Of a DNA stretch of 64,000 nucleotides, positions 55,390 through 64,000 are shown in pieces. A program made the position numbers and the translations under genes. This DNA is from a virus (lineage: Duplodnaviria > Heunggongvirae > Uroviricota > Caudoviricetes), in IMG/VR virus record IMGVR_UViG_3300035655_000051, positions 34,232-98,231 of that record. One strand, 5' to 3'. Under the pieces are notes generated by a model. It ran no database searches, was not told the DNA's origin, and saw nothing but the letters and a program-made list of their open reading frames with translations. Position 1 is the first letter of the stretch; each line of letters opens with the position of its first letter.

Positions 55390-55679
55390 GGAGGATTATT
55401 ATGAAAGAAGAAGAATTTTCAAAACAGGATATTTTTAATATTGGATTCGCCGTAGTTGATGCGGTGCGTAATTATAGTGTCACAGTAGATAATATTATTG
55501 ACGCTATTCAAGTATACGCGGACTGGCAGGAAGTTATTGGCGATGCTTCACTGTATGACACGCTTTGGATGGAAGATTATACGCCTATGTCCCCTTCTTT
55601 GACCCGATATTTATATCATAAGCTATATGGGTTGGAAGAATACGACAACGACAGCGAGGAGGATTACGGCGATGAGTGA
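55371..55679 (+). CDS. hypothetical acidic protein (102 aa)
   Basis: Protein-like ORF. Confidence 0.45.
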   Translation: MQIASIRRIIMKEEEFSKQDIFNIGFAVVDAVRNYSVTVDNIIDAIQVYADWQEVIGDASLYDTLWMEDYTPMSPSLTRYLYHKLYGLEEYDNDSEEDYGDE

Positions 55680-55848
55680 CCGCAAGCGAGATAAGAATTC
55701 TAAGAGTACATATATGAGAGCAGCCCGCAAACAACGCATGATTGAAAACCAGTTTATGCAGGAGATTGAAAAAGCACAGGAAGCTCCGGCGTCTAAATAT
55801 AATAAAAAGTCCCACAAGCAACGCCGCGAGTGGGATGATGAAGAGTAA
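55675..55848 (+). CDS. small basic protein (57 aa)
   Basis: Start at MSDRKRDKN (ATGA overlap with the upstream gene). Confidence 0.4.
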   Translation, partial: SDRKRDKNSKSTYMRAARKQRMIENQFMQEIEKAQEAPASKYNKKSHKQRREWDDEE

Positions 55849-55862
55849 GGAGGAATGTAACA

Positions 55863-56201
55863 GTGGATAAAGATCCTAAGAAGCCCGACGATCTGCAAGA
55901 CGAAAACTGTCAGCATGGCATGATGAGTACAAATATTCCTTTGACTATTGCGGTATCGGCTTTTATCAATAGCAAAAACTGGTTTGATTGGATACTGCAC
56001 GCTGCTGAGACACTGGTAATCTTCTACTTGACCTATCAGATTATTGGCAAAGTGTTATTCGTTGCGCTGGTTATTACTCCCCTTCTTGTATTTTATATCA
56101 GCAGTGCAATTGATTGTTACTACGCTGTGTGCGATGGCGAGTGGGATGACAGCGACGATGACTCTGGCGATGAAGACGATTTCCACAACAAATTAAAGTA
56201 A
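55863..56201 (+). CDS. membrane protein with acidic C-terminus (112 aa)
   Basis: Two hydrophobic helices then DDSDDDSGDEDD. Confidence 0.45.
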   Translation: MDKDPKKPDDLQDENCQHGMMSTNIPLTIAVSAFINSKNWFDWILHAAETLVIFYLTYQIIGKVLFVALVITPLLVFYISSAIDCYYAVCDGEWDDSDDDSGDEDDFHNKLK

Positions 56202-56217
56202 AGGAGAATTGATATAG

Positions 56218-58767
56218 ATGTTTTCTCCTCCATTGTATAGCGTTTTAAAGTTTCCTCTTAACTATATTATTACCCATGATTATAATTTCAAACTAACTGA
56301 CGAAGAACTTATTCATTTCACTGTGTTACAGGGAGATAATATGATGTTCCGCCAAATTCGTATGATATCTATGAATGACGATAAGTTTCAGAAATTTGTT
56401 GTTTTTGTTGACGCTACAGGTGGATACAACAAACCAAAAGCTCTTGAACGCCTTGTAAAACACGGATTTAAAATCAATGGAGAAACGTATTTGTTTAGTG
56501 AACGCAGTGCAAGTATGGTTCGTCAAAGCATGCTCAGCTTTGTTGAGCGTCATATTGCACCAGAACTTGATAGGCGAATTAGTATGGGGCTTGATTTTTC
56601 TGAAACGCCAACTGTTCTTAGCAAATATTATGCTTATCGTGGTTTGAATCTGTCGTCTGCTTTTTGCTTACCGGAATGGGAACCTAAAATTTGTATCGTT
56701 GATGATTACGAGAACACAATTAAAGACCAAATGGTTGAATATCTATACGATAAAACAACAGAATTCATTGATAAAGCGGGTAACAAAAGAAGTTGGACAC
56801 AAAAAGATGTTGCTGTAAAGAAAGCCGATATCACTATTAACTGCTTCGATGGTGCAGGTATTTGTCACCCAGAAATCATGCGCCAGATTGAACGCAAAAT
56901 AAATACTGATGAACATATTAACAGTTGTATTATTCGCGCACCATATATCAAAGGATGCATGCACGAGATTGATTATGAATCATTTTATGCGGAGCGTGGC
57001 GTTACAAAAATCAAAGATATTTGGGGGCAAGAATATGATGTAACTCCCGGCAGCGAACCACTTATGATTCTTACCGTCAGCCTTTATAAAGGATATAAAT
57101 ATTTCAAGAAAGACGGCACATATAAAGACTGGGAGAGATATTGGGAATGGTTTCGTAAAACAAAAAGCTGCTTTGCTATTGCGAAATGGAATTATAGTGC
57201 TGAACGAGAAAATTTAACCACAAAATGCAATTATCAAATTTTGCAAAATATAGACCTAGAATTCGATGATTTCAAACACTTCGCTGACATGTCTGTAGAT
57301 TTTTATGAAAAGGTCACAAGTGATGATATTTTTTACACTGATTGTTTCCTTGGATTAATGGCTGACGATGTCAATCCTTTGAATCACTATATTGCTGCAT
57401 TAGCACGTAATCAAGAAATGATTCACGAGCCATGCGTTAAAGAGTACGTCCATTCCTTACTTGATAAAACTCGTGATGGATTTAAATGTGGGAAACTCTG
57501 GATGAATGCAACATTTAAATTTTGGGTACCAGATCTTGTTGCTCTAATGGAATGGGCTGGCGGGCTCCCTGTTGTTGGAGCGTTAAAGGCTGGTGAGATT
57601 TATACTTTTGATCGTCGTGGCGTTGCACTTGGAGACCGCATTTGTGAACGAAACCCCCATATATCAAGATCAGAGCACCTGCTTGTTAGCGCCGTCGATA
57701 ATGAATTGACTCAAAAATATTTTCATGGACTTGTAAATTGTTGTTTCACTTCGATTTATGACATTAACGCACCTCGGCTCAATGGTTCCGATTTTGACGG
57801 CGACCTCGTCCTTGTTATTGATGAACCTTCCATGATTCCTGGAGTACATACAGATATTCCTATTACGTTGGATCTTGAGGACAAAAAGACTGCTCTTGCT
57901 GAAACTGATACCCTTGACAATAAATTTGCTTGTACTCTTCGTGGTCTTAAAAGTCAAATTGGCGAGATTTCAAATTTAAGCACTGTCTATCAAAACAAAG
58001 TTCCTAAGACTGAAAAGACAAAACAAGAATATTTGAAATATGTTTCTCTTTTGTCCGTCGCAAATGGAAAGGAAATCGATAGAGCTAAAACTGGCTGCGG
58101 ATATAAGATTCCTAGAAATATACAGAAATATGGTACTGGTCCTAAGAGTACGCCATATTTTATGAAATATGCAGGCCCTTACTATGCACGTTTACATAAT
58201 CTTAGCAAGGCACACAGCAATATGAATTTACTCTGTATGAGCCTCGAGCGCTGGGAGCGTGGAGTCCGTTGGCATAAAGAGCCTGCTGGTAGTTTTGATT
58301 GGCACATAATGTACGATTCGGAAATTGGCTATGATCAGGCTGTATTTAATGAGATTGAAGCAATCTTTCTGGACTTTAATAAATATCGCAAGCAGCAGTT
58401 GGAGCTTGAAAAGAAAGCCAAAAATTGGAAACTTTATCGTAAAGAGCTTGAAGGTATCATGACGAAAGAAGAAGCAAAGACCTATGAAACCAACTGGCAA
58501 GCAATTTATAACGTGTATCGTAATAAGTGCAAGCTGATCTGTCCTGATGTTCGTGAGTTGGCTAATATTCTAGTCGTGTTGTGCTATGAAAAATATCCCA
58601 ACAAATTTAAAAAGTTCCTATGGCACATGGCTGGTGCTGGTGTGGTTGAAAATATCAAACCAGTTCCTGTGCAGTTACCAATTCACGACCCGAACGGCGA
58701 GTATGAATATCTTGGTCAGAGATACAGTCTGGCTGAGCCGAGAACCTATGAAGCGAGGGTGAAGTAA
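56218..58767 (+). CDS. large protein with the DFDGD metal-binding motif: candidate YonO-like single-subunit (two-barrel) DNA-dependent RNA polymerase
   Basis: 849 aa. NGSDFDGDLVLVIDEP recalls the universally conserved NADFDGD catalytic loop of multisubunit RNAP beta-prime and of the SPbeta prophage RNAP YonO. Size is similar to YonO. Confidence 0.45.
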   Translation: MFSPPLYSVLKFPLNYIITHDYNFKLTDEELIHFTVLQGDNMMFRQIRMISMNDDKFQKFVVFVDATGGYNKPKALERLVKHGFKINGETYLFSERSASMVRQSMLSFVERHIAPELDRRISMGLDFSETPTVLSKYYAYRGLNLSSAFCLPEWEPKICIVDDYENTIKDQMVEYLYDKTTEFIDKAGNKRSWTQKDVAVKKADITINCFDGAGICHPEIMRQIERKINTDEHINSCIIRAPYIKGCMHEIDYESFYAERGVTKIKDIWGQEYDVTPGSEPLMILTVSLYKGYKYFKKDGTYKDWERYWEWFRKTKSCFAIAKWNYSAERENLTTKCNYQILQNIDLEFDDFKHFADMSVDFYEKVTSDDIFYTDCFLGLMADDVNPLNHYIAALARNQEMIHEPCVKEYVHSLLDKTRDGFKCGKLWMNATFKFWVPDLVALMEWAGGLPVVGALKAGEIYTFDRRGVALGDRICERNPHISRSEHLLVSAVDNELTQKYFHGLVNCCFTSIYDINAPRLNGSDFDGDLVLVIDEPSMIPGVHTDIPITLDLEDKKTALAETDTLDNKFACTLRGLKSQIGEISNLSTVYQNKVPKTEKTKQEYLKYVSLLSVANGKEIDRAKTGCGYKIPRNIQKYGTGPKSTPYFMKYAGPYYARLHNLSKAHSNMNLLCMSLERWERGVRWHKEPAGSFDWHIMYDSEIGYDQAVFNEIEAIFLDFNKYRKQQLELEKKAKNWKLYRKELEGIMTKEEAKTYETNWQAIYNVYRNKCKLICPDVRELANILVVLCYEKYPNKFKKFLWHMAGAGVVENIKPVPVQLPIHDPNGEYEYLGQRYSLAEPRTYEARVK

Positions 58768-58768
58768 T

Positions 58769-58957
58769 ATGTTCAATAAACTCTGTGCTGTTTGTGCTAA
58801 ATATAACGAATGCACATGGATGCAAATAAAAGCACTTAATAGTCCAATTGTTGATTTAGAAAGTATTATTGGATCAGGTTATTGGACGAGAACATGTTGT
58901 AAATATTTTGTTTATGATTCTACCAAAGAAGAACCAAGGGTAAATGATGAAGTTTAA
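58769..58957 (+). CDS. small Cys-containing protein (62 aa)
   Basis: CAVCAKYNEC...CC. Confidence 0.4.
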   Translation: MFNKLCAVCAKYNECTWMQIKALNSPIVDLESIIGSGYWTRTCCKYFVYDSTKEEPRVNDEV

Positions 58958-59150
58958 GATATTAGAATTGAGACTTTTTGATATGAAAGGAAACGATATC
59001 ACAGAAGTTGGAATTCGTTGTATGAAATGTGGGTGGTATCATAGTATAGCACAATATAAATGGGACGAAATAAAAAACGATACGCGATTTATCTTTTGTA
59101 AAGAATGTGGAGAAGAAACACCACACAGACTGGAGGCTCTTAATGTTTAA
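58944..59150 (+). CDS. zinc-ribbon protein (68 aa)
   Basis: CMKCGW...CKECGEETPH. Confidence 0.45.
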   Translation: MMKFKILELRLFDMKGNDITEVGIRCMKCGWYHSIAQYKWDEIKNDTRFIFCKECGEETPHRLEALNV

Positions 59151-59403
59151 TCTATTCAAGAAAAAGAAACCACAACAGGAGGAAGATCCACAGCAGATGG
59201 AATGCCCCAAGTGTGGCGGGACAATGACGCTGACAAGCGGGCTGACATATAAATTCCACTGCCGGGGGCAGGAACTCGAAGCCTCAAATGTTACCGCCAT
59301 GAAATGTGCGAATTGTGGTGAGATGATGTTTAGTTGGGACGAAGCTCAACGTATCCAAAAATTCGCTCATGAATCTGTTAGCTGGGAGGATAAAACAGAA
59401 TGA
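59146..59403 (+). CDS. zinc-ribbon protein (about 85 aa)
   Basis: CPKCGG...CANCGE; start taken at the ATG overlapping the upstream stop. Confidence 0.45.
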   Translation, partial: FNLFKKKKPQQEEDPQQMECPKCGGTMTLTSGLTYKFHCRGQELEASNVTAMKCANCGEMMFSWDEAQRIQKFAHESVSWEDKTE

Positions 59404-59675
59404 AGAGGGTTTTTGTTATATTGATTTCCATCTGTTTGATAGGATGTTTGCTGACTGGCTGCGGTACAAAAGAAGACCAATATGGTAATTGGGCCGACAA
59501 TTATAGTGACAATTTTTATCATATTTTAAATACTTCTATCGTGTACGCCAAGGATACAAAAGTCATGTATTATTACATTAATGGTGGTGCAGGAGCGAGC
59601 TATATGGCTCCATACTATAATGAACATGGACAGCTTTGTCGTTACGTTGATGGCAATATTGTACCAATCGAGTAA
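59400..59675 (+). CDS. small lipoprotein
   Basis: Signal peptide plus lipobox (LLTGCG). Confidence 0.5.
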   Translation: MKRVFVILISICLIGCLLTGCGTKEDQYGNWADNYSDNFYHILNTSIVYAKDTKVMYYYINGGAGASYMAPYYNEHGQLCRYVDGNIVPIE

Positions 59676-59684
59676 GGAGGTTAA

Positions 59685-60497
59685 ATGGCTTATACGACAT
59701 TTTATTGCAACGAAAATATGCTTCTTGACAATTGGAAATATTATAACGAGTCAAACCTGATGCTGCGTAATTTATTAAAGCGGACAAGCCTCTCCCCTAT
59801 TGAATGTGCCACGATTTATTATGAACGAATGCGAAACCCCGAGTCTGTCAGTTATGATCGCAGCCATCTGATCCAAACATTCAGCCGAGGGCGCAAAAAT
59901 AACGCACCAATACTTGACGTACATCAAGTTGTTTTATATCAGAAAGATTTAGATTATATCACCGACGCTCGCCGCCGCTATCACATCAACTGGGCACAGC
60001 TTAGAGTCTTGCTTGGAATTATCTTCTTCTGCAGACTATATGGCAGTGACACGGTGGCATTAGACACTGATTTTAAAATGAAGCGGTTTGGAAAATGTTT
60101 TGATGAACAGACCGAAATCATGTATCACGGTGGACCCAACTGGGACGATGGATACAACACAGTACGCGGCATGTACGAACTGTCTGACGTGCATCATCTA
60201 CTCTATCGAACTGGAACAGACGATATTGGCTGCTTATATACATATCCGAATTTTACACTTGATAAAGATGACGTAATTGCGTACACGTTCAATGTAACAC
60301 CTGAGAACAATCGATTGAATCTTAGTAAAGTGGCACGGGAATTGTTTGATCCCAAAGAATGCTATTGTACTGTTTGTGGTGAAAAATATATCGCAAAGAG
60401 ACCGAATGCCAGTCTATATTGCAAAGAGTGTGCAGTAGACAAAGAGAAGGCACGTATCGCAAAGAAGAATGCAAATAGAGTTAATGACCGAAATTGA
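59685..60497 (+). CDS. hypothetical protein (270 aa) with C-terminal Cys cluster
   Basis: CYCTVCGEKYIAKRPNASLYCKECAV. Confidence 0.55.
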   Translation: MAYTTFYCNENMLLDNWKYYNESNLMLRNLLKRTSLSPIECATIYYERMRNPESVSYDRSHLIQTFSRGRKNNAPILDVHQVVLYQKDLDYITDARRRYHINWAQLRVLLGIIFFCRLYGSDTVALDTDFKMKRFGKCFDEQTEIMYHGGPNWDDGYNTVRGMYELSDVHHLLYRTGTDDIGCLYTYPNFTLDKDDVIAYTFNVTPENNRLNLSKVARELFDPKECYCTVCGEKYIAKRPNASLYCKECAVDKEKARIAKKNANRVNDRN

Positions 60498-60566
60498 CTT
60501 TATTTTCTTAATATATGAAAGGGTATAGCTCTTTCAACTTTAAATTTAAAAGGAGATTTAATACAT

Positions 60567-60764
60567 ATGATTGAAATTACTAAGAACGAAGCAACTTACC
60601 TGCGGAAGATCATCCCCAATGTGCACATTACTCGCACTACTCATAAGTGGTACGCGGAAGAAATCAAGTCTGTTCTAACCCAGCTGCCCGGCAATGTTGA
60701 AGCCGAGGAGGCATTGCGCGAGCTAAATCGCACTCATCGCACCAACTCTAATTTTGAGATCTGA
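60567..60764 (+). CDS. hypothetical small protein (65 aa)
   Basis: ORF preceded by RBS AAAAGGAGA. Confidence 0.45.
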   Translation: MIEITKNEATYLRKIIPNVHITRTTHKWYAEEIKSVLTQLPGNVEAEEALRELNRTHRTNSNFEI

Positions 60765-60772
60765 GGTGCAGA

Positions 60773-61972
60773 ATGGACGAAATTAAAAAGAATGAATTCA
60801 GAAAGACGGATGACGAATCCTTTGACGAGTACATGATGCGTATTGGCAATGCATGCTCTGAGCGAAAATTAACATGGGATCAAGCAGCCGTAGTTTTGAA
60901 CGAAGCTACAAATTCCAATTTTGGGGAATGTGCTTATCGAAAAAAGTACAAGTCGTGGAAAGCCGGCTACGACTACGCGCTTGAACATATGTGCGGTAGC
61001 ACTGTGGCCGACGAGCTGCAGCGGCTAAAGATAGAACAGGTCAAGATGCGAGACGAGCGGGCGGCAACAAACAAGGTTTATCGTGATATTGCGCGTGCTG
61101 AATCCATCAAGGAAATGATCGCAAGTGCTGTTGTGCCCTACGACAAGAATGATTTCCTGAATATCGTACAGTACGAAGGTAGCGGACATGACTTAATTGT
61201 GTGCCTATCTGACTTACATACAGGCGCTGGCATTGACTCCGCGTGGAACAAGTTTGATAAGGAAATTTTAAAGGCAAGGCTGGAAAGCTATGTCACTCAG
61301 GTATTTAACATCGTTGAGCGACATGCCGCTGAAAAAATCCATGTGCTGTTGCTTGGTGATCTTATCAATGGTCATATTCATATCAACACTCGAGTTCAGA
61401 ACAATGAAAATAGTATCGAACAGGTTATGACGGCCGCAGAGTTAGTGAGCAACTTTGTAGCAGAACTGTACGAAGTATGCCAACATATTGATGTGTATTC
61501 GGTCAGCGGCAATCATTCACGGGTTTTCCCCAACAAGGAAGAACAAGTTGCCGGAGACGAACTCGAAGCGCTGATTCCGTTCTATATGAAGGCACGGCTA
61601 CAGAATCTGGCTGGCATTGAAGTAAAAACAGAGAAACTTGATCCTACGTTTGGTGGATTTAAGGCTCGTAATAGTCTGGTGATGTATGCACATGGAGACA
61701 AAGACTCCCCTGCTAACGTCGTCGAACACTTGACCATGATGGTAAAACAGCCGATTGATCTGGTTTTCCTCGGACATCGCCACACAAACGGAATGACAAC
61801 TGTGCACGGGACAAAAGTTATTGAAAGCGGCTGCGTATGCGGCACTGATAGTTATGCCGTTGGTATTCGTAAGAATGATATCCCACAGCAGGCCGTAGCT
61901 GTTATTGCTGATGATGGTTTGACTTGTCTGTATGATGTGAAGCTGGAAAAGCCAGCAAAGATAGTAATTTAA
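60773..61972 (+). CDS. calcineurin-like metallophosphoesterase (SbcD/Mre11-type fold)
   Basis: Ordered motifs LSDLHTG (DxH), LLGDLINGH (GDxxxxH), SGNHSRV (GNH), GHRHTNG (GHxH). Confidence 0.7.
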   Translation: MDEIKKNEFRKTDDESFDEYMMRIGNACSERKLTWDQAAVVLNEATNSNFGECAYRKKYKSWKAGYDYALEHMCGSTVADELQRLKIEQVKMRDERAATNKVYRDIARAESIKEMIASAVVPYDKNDFLNIVQYEGSGHDLIVCLSDLHTGAGIDSAWNKFDKEILKARLESYVTQVFNIVERHAAEKIHVLLLGDLINGHIHINTRVQNNENSIEQVMTAAELVSNFVAELYEVCQHIDVYSVSGNHSRVFPNKEEQVAGDELEALIPFYMKARLQNLAGIEVKTEKLDPTFGGFKARNSLVMYAHGDKDSPANVVEHLTMMVKQPIDLVFLGHRHTNGMTTVHGTKVIESGCVCGTDSYAVGIRKNDIPQQAVAVIADDGLTCLYDVKLEKPAKIVI

Positions 61973-62149
61973 ACATTGTAATTCATAGAGATTTTTAGAC
62001 GCTCTGGGCTTGACCGCTCAGGGCGTTTTTATATGTCGCAGGTGACAGCGCCGGTGTGCTGACTTGGCTCATAACCAAAGACAGATGCGTTCGACTCGCA
62101 TACCTGTACCCATGAAATTAAATTGTAAAGGAGGTTCCAGAATTCAAAG

Positions 62150-62410
62150 ATGGAAGAAAAATTTCATAAAGATTTAGGAGGCGATTACTTCTACTGCTAT
62201 TCCCGCCGTTGTGCATTCTTTATTCGTGCAATGGGAATTTTCTATGAAGAGATTGGCGAGCATCCAACTACGGGCTCTGTATATACAAAGTTCCATAAAA
62301 CAAAAAAGCTCAATGAAATTTTAAAGCTATGGGATGATATCAAGTATCGCTTCGACAATATGTCAGATGACGGAACGGTGGTGAAGGACTATGGCCAGAA
62401 CTGCCGTTGA
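62150..62410 (+). CDS. hypothetical protein (86 aa)
   Basis: Protein-like ORF. Confidence 0.45.
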   Translation: MEEKFHKDLGGDYFYCYSRRCAFFIRAMGIFYEEIGEHPTTGSVYTKFHKTKKLNEILKLWDDIKYRFDNMSDDGTVVKDYGQNCR

Positions 62411-63389
62411 AAAGAAACCGCCACGCATTAAGGTTCCTGCCTCATGGAGTGGTGGCAAATGTATGTGCTGCGGAAAGATCTATGATGTGCGCAAAGGAAA
62501 TTTCTCAAAGACGCAAAGTCAGTGGTTTATGGGAAACGATGGATATCTGCCGTGGTGCAATGAATGCAAAGAAGAAATGTTTAACTTCTATGTAAAGAAA
62601 TACGGAGACGAAAACGAAGCAATTAAGCGATTAGCTATGCTGTTTGATATGTTTTATTGTGATGGGCTTCTTGAGGCAGCAGAGCACTCTACTCCCGGTT
62701 CTCCAAAAATCAATACATACATGGGACGGCTCAATATGCGCCAGCACGCTGGAAAGTCTTATGACGATACATTGGATCAGGAGAAGAAGGACGCGCTGGC
62801 TGCCGGTCGTACTGGTAACACAAAAGTCACTCAGAAGATGATTAGATTCTGGGGTGATGGATTTGATGAACGTGATTATTTATTCCTTGAGGATCATTAT
62901 CAAAATTGGATCACTCGTCAAGAATGTAAAACTGTTTCACAGGAGACTTTGTTTAAGCAAATTGCAAAAGCAGAACTCAACTCTGAAAAAGCATACGCGA
63001 CTGGTGATACAAAGAAAATTAAAGAAGCAACTGACAATTTATTGAACTTGATGACTTCTGCCAATGTTAAACCTAATCAGACAAATGATAATGCATTAGC
63101 AGAATCAAACACATTTGGAACACTGATTCAAAAATGGGAAGAAGAAGAACCAATCCCAGAACCAGCACCCGAATGGCAAGATGTAGACGGTATCGGCAAG
63201 TATTTTAGGGTGTGGGTATTAGGTACTCTATTGAAGATGTTTAATCTGCCTAATCCTTATCAAGAAGAGTTTGATAAAGAAATGGAAAGATACACAGCTC
63301 ATAAACCATCGACTACTGAAGATGACTCGGCTGACGGCAGTTTACGAGAGACGATTTTCGGTCCTGGCGAAGGCGGTGGTTCGTCTTGA
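62391..63389 (+). CDS. hypothetical protein (332 aa); possible terminase small subunit by position
   Basis: Lies immediately upstream of the terminase large-subunit gene. N-terminal Zn-ribbon-like CMCCGK...CNECKEE and a Gly-rich C-terminus. TerS assignment is positional only. Confidence 0.35.
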   Translation: MARTAVEKKPPRIKVPASWSGGKCMCCGKIYDVRKGNFSKTQSQWFMGNDGYLPWCNECKEEMFNFYVKKYGDENEAIKRLAMLFDMFYCDGLLEAAEHSTPGSPKINTYMGRLNMRQHAGKSYDDTLDQEKKDALAAGRTGNTKVTQKMIRFWGDGFDERDYLFLEDHYQNWITRQECKTVSQETLFKQIAKAELNSEKAYATGDTKKIKEATDNLLNLMTSANVKPNQTNDNALAESNTFGTLIQKWEEEEPIPEPAPEWQDVDGIGKYFRVWVLGTLLKMFNLPNPYQEEFDKEMERYTAHKPSTTEDDSADGSLRETIFGPGEGGGSS

Positions 63390-63442
63390 GTAATGAAAAA
63401 TTGACAGATAAAGAAGTTGCCAATTCGAAATCAGAAAAGATA

Positions 63443-64000
63443 ATGAATACTGTTGCCGTTCGGTGTTCGTTCTATAGGGCCAATCCGCAGCGATTCGCAA
63501 AAGACTGTTTGAATTTAAACTTAAAACCATTTCAGCAGTTGCTTTTATTTTTGATGGTCCGATGCACAGGCTTTACATTCATCGCTGCCCGTGGCATTGG
63601 AAAGTCCTTTTTGACTGCCGTATTTTGTGTGATCACCTGTATTCTTTGGCCCGAAAGCAAAGTATGTATCGCGTGTAAAGTCCGAACGCAGTCTATAAAT
63701 ATTCTTGATGAGAAAATCATGAAGGAAATATATCCAAACAGTCCATTACTGCGATCAGAAATAAAAAAATGGGAAATCAATAATCAGAAGGCAGAAATCT
63801 TGTTTAAGAATGGTAGCTATATTAAAGTTGTCACTGCAAATGATAGTTCGCGCGGTTCTCGTGCCACTGTTCTTGTCTGTGATGAGTATCGCTTACTTTC
63901 TAAAGATGTTATCGATCTGATTCTGAAAAAGTTCCTAAATATTGTTCGTCATCCTGGCTATCTTAATAAACCGGAATATGAGCACATGGCTGAACGAAAC
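63443..64000 (+). CDS. terL: terminase large subunit, N-terminal ATPase part (runs off the window end)
   Basis: Walker A IAARGIGKSF and Walker B VLVCDEY in an open frame that continues past position 64000. Start could also be the TTG at 63386. Confidence 0.7.
   Translation, partial: MNTVAVRCSFYRANPQRFAKDCLNLNLKPFQQLLLFLMVRCTGFTFIAARGIGKSFLTAVFCVITCILWPESKVCIACKVRTQSINILDEKIMKEIYPNSPLLRSEIKKWEINNQKAEILFKNGSYIKVVTANDSSRGSRATVLVCDEYRLLSKDVIDLILKKFLNIVRHPGYLNKPEYEHMAERN

Noticed and set aside
1-64000. CRISPR arrays
   Set aside because: No array of regularly spaced 25-40 nt direct repeats was found. The only tandem repeats are the 8-mer block at 641-715 and the TTGAAT cluster.

Overview
This window looks like part of a large tailed-phage (Caudoviricetes-type) genome, GC roughly 40-45% by eye. 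Gene layout: positions 1-48,930 are a tightly packed, leftward-transcribed block of small accessory or early genes. A divergent control region follows at about 48.9-50.65 kb: a 1.3 kb ORF-free stretch, phased A-tract repeats and outward-facing sigma70-like promoters. Positions 50,653-64,000 are a rightward block that runs into the start of a terminase large-subunit gene. Recognisable content, all minus strand: about 12 tRNAs (three arrays, with odd tRNA-like elements between them); an SLT-type lytic transglycosylase; an NAD+ salvage or reconstitution cluster (isochorismatase/nicotinamidase-like hydrolase, NadE, macro domain, NAMPT-like, PRPP-synthetase-like); an AAA+ ATPase; an HD phosphohydrolase; a tyrosine recombinase; a YADD reverse transcriptase flanked by structured non-coding DNA; an E1-like (ThiF) plus JAB/JAMM pair; a radical-SAM enzyme; an SPFH lipoprotein; a Bro-N protein. 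Recognisable content, plus strand: a PIN-PhoH ATPase, a Rha/KilA-C antirepressor, a large protein with the DFDGD RNA-polymerase motif (YonO-like single-subunit RNAP candidate), a calcineurin-like phosphoesterase, a putative TerS and the N-terminal part of TerL. The most striking unexplained features are: (i) twelve small proteins with different N-termini that all end in the same ...[KR]P[LF]xC[KRH]SLL-COOH tail; (ii) the retron-like RT module with repeated hairpin motifs; (iii) an E1/JAB ubiquitin-like module next to it; (iv) an Adps/Namat-like (NARP1-like) NAD+ reconstitution gene pair; (v) a 22-nt promoter-like motif found five times. Everything is inferred by eye from the sequence; no searches were run.
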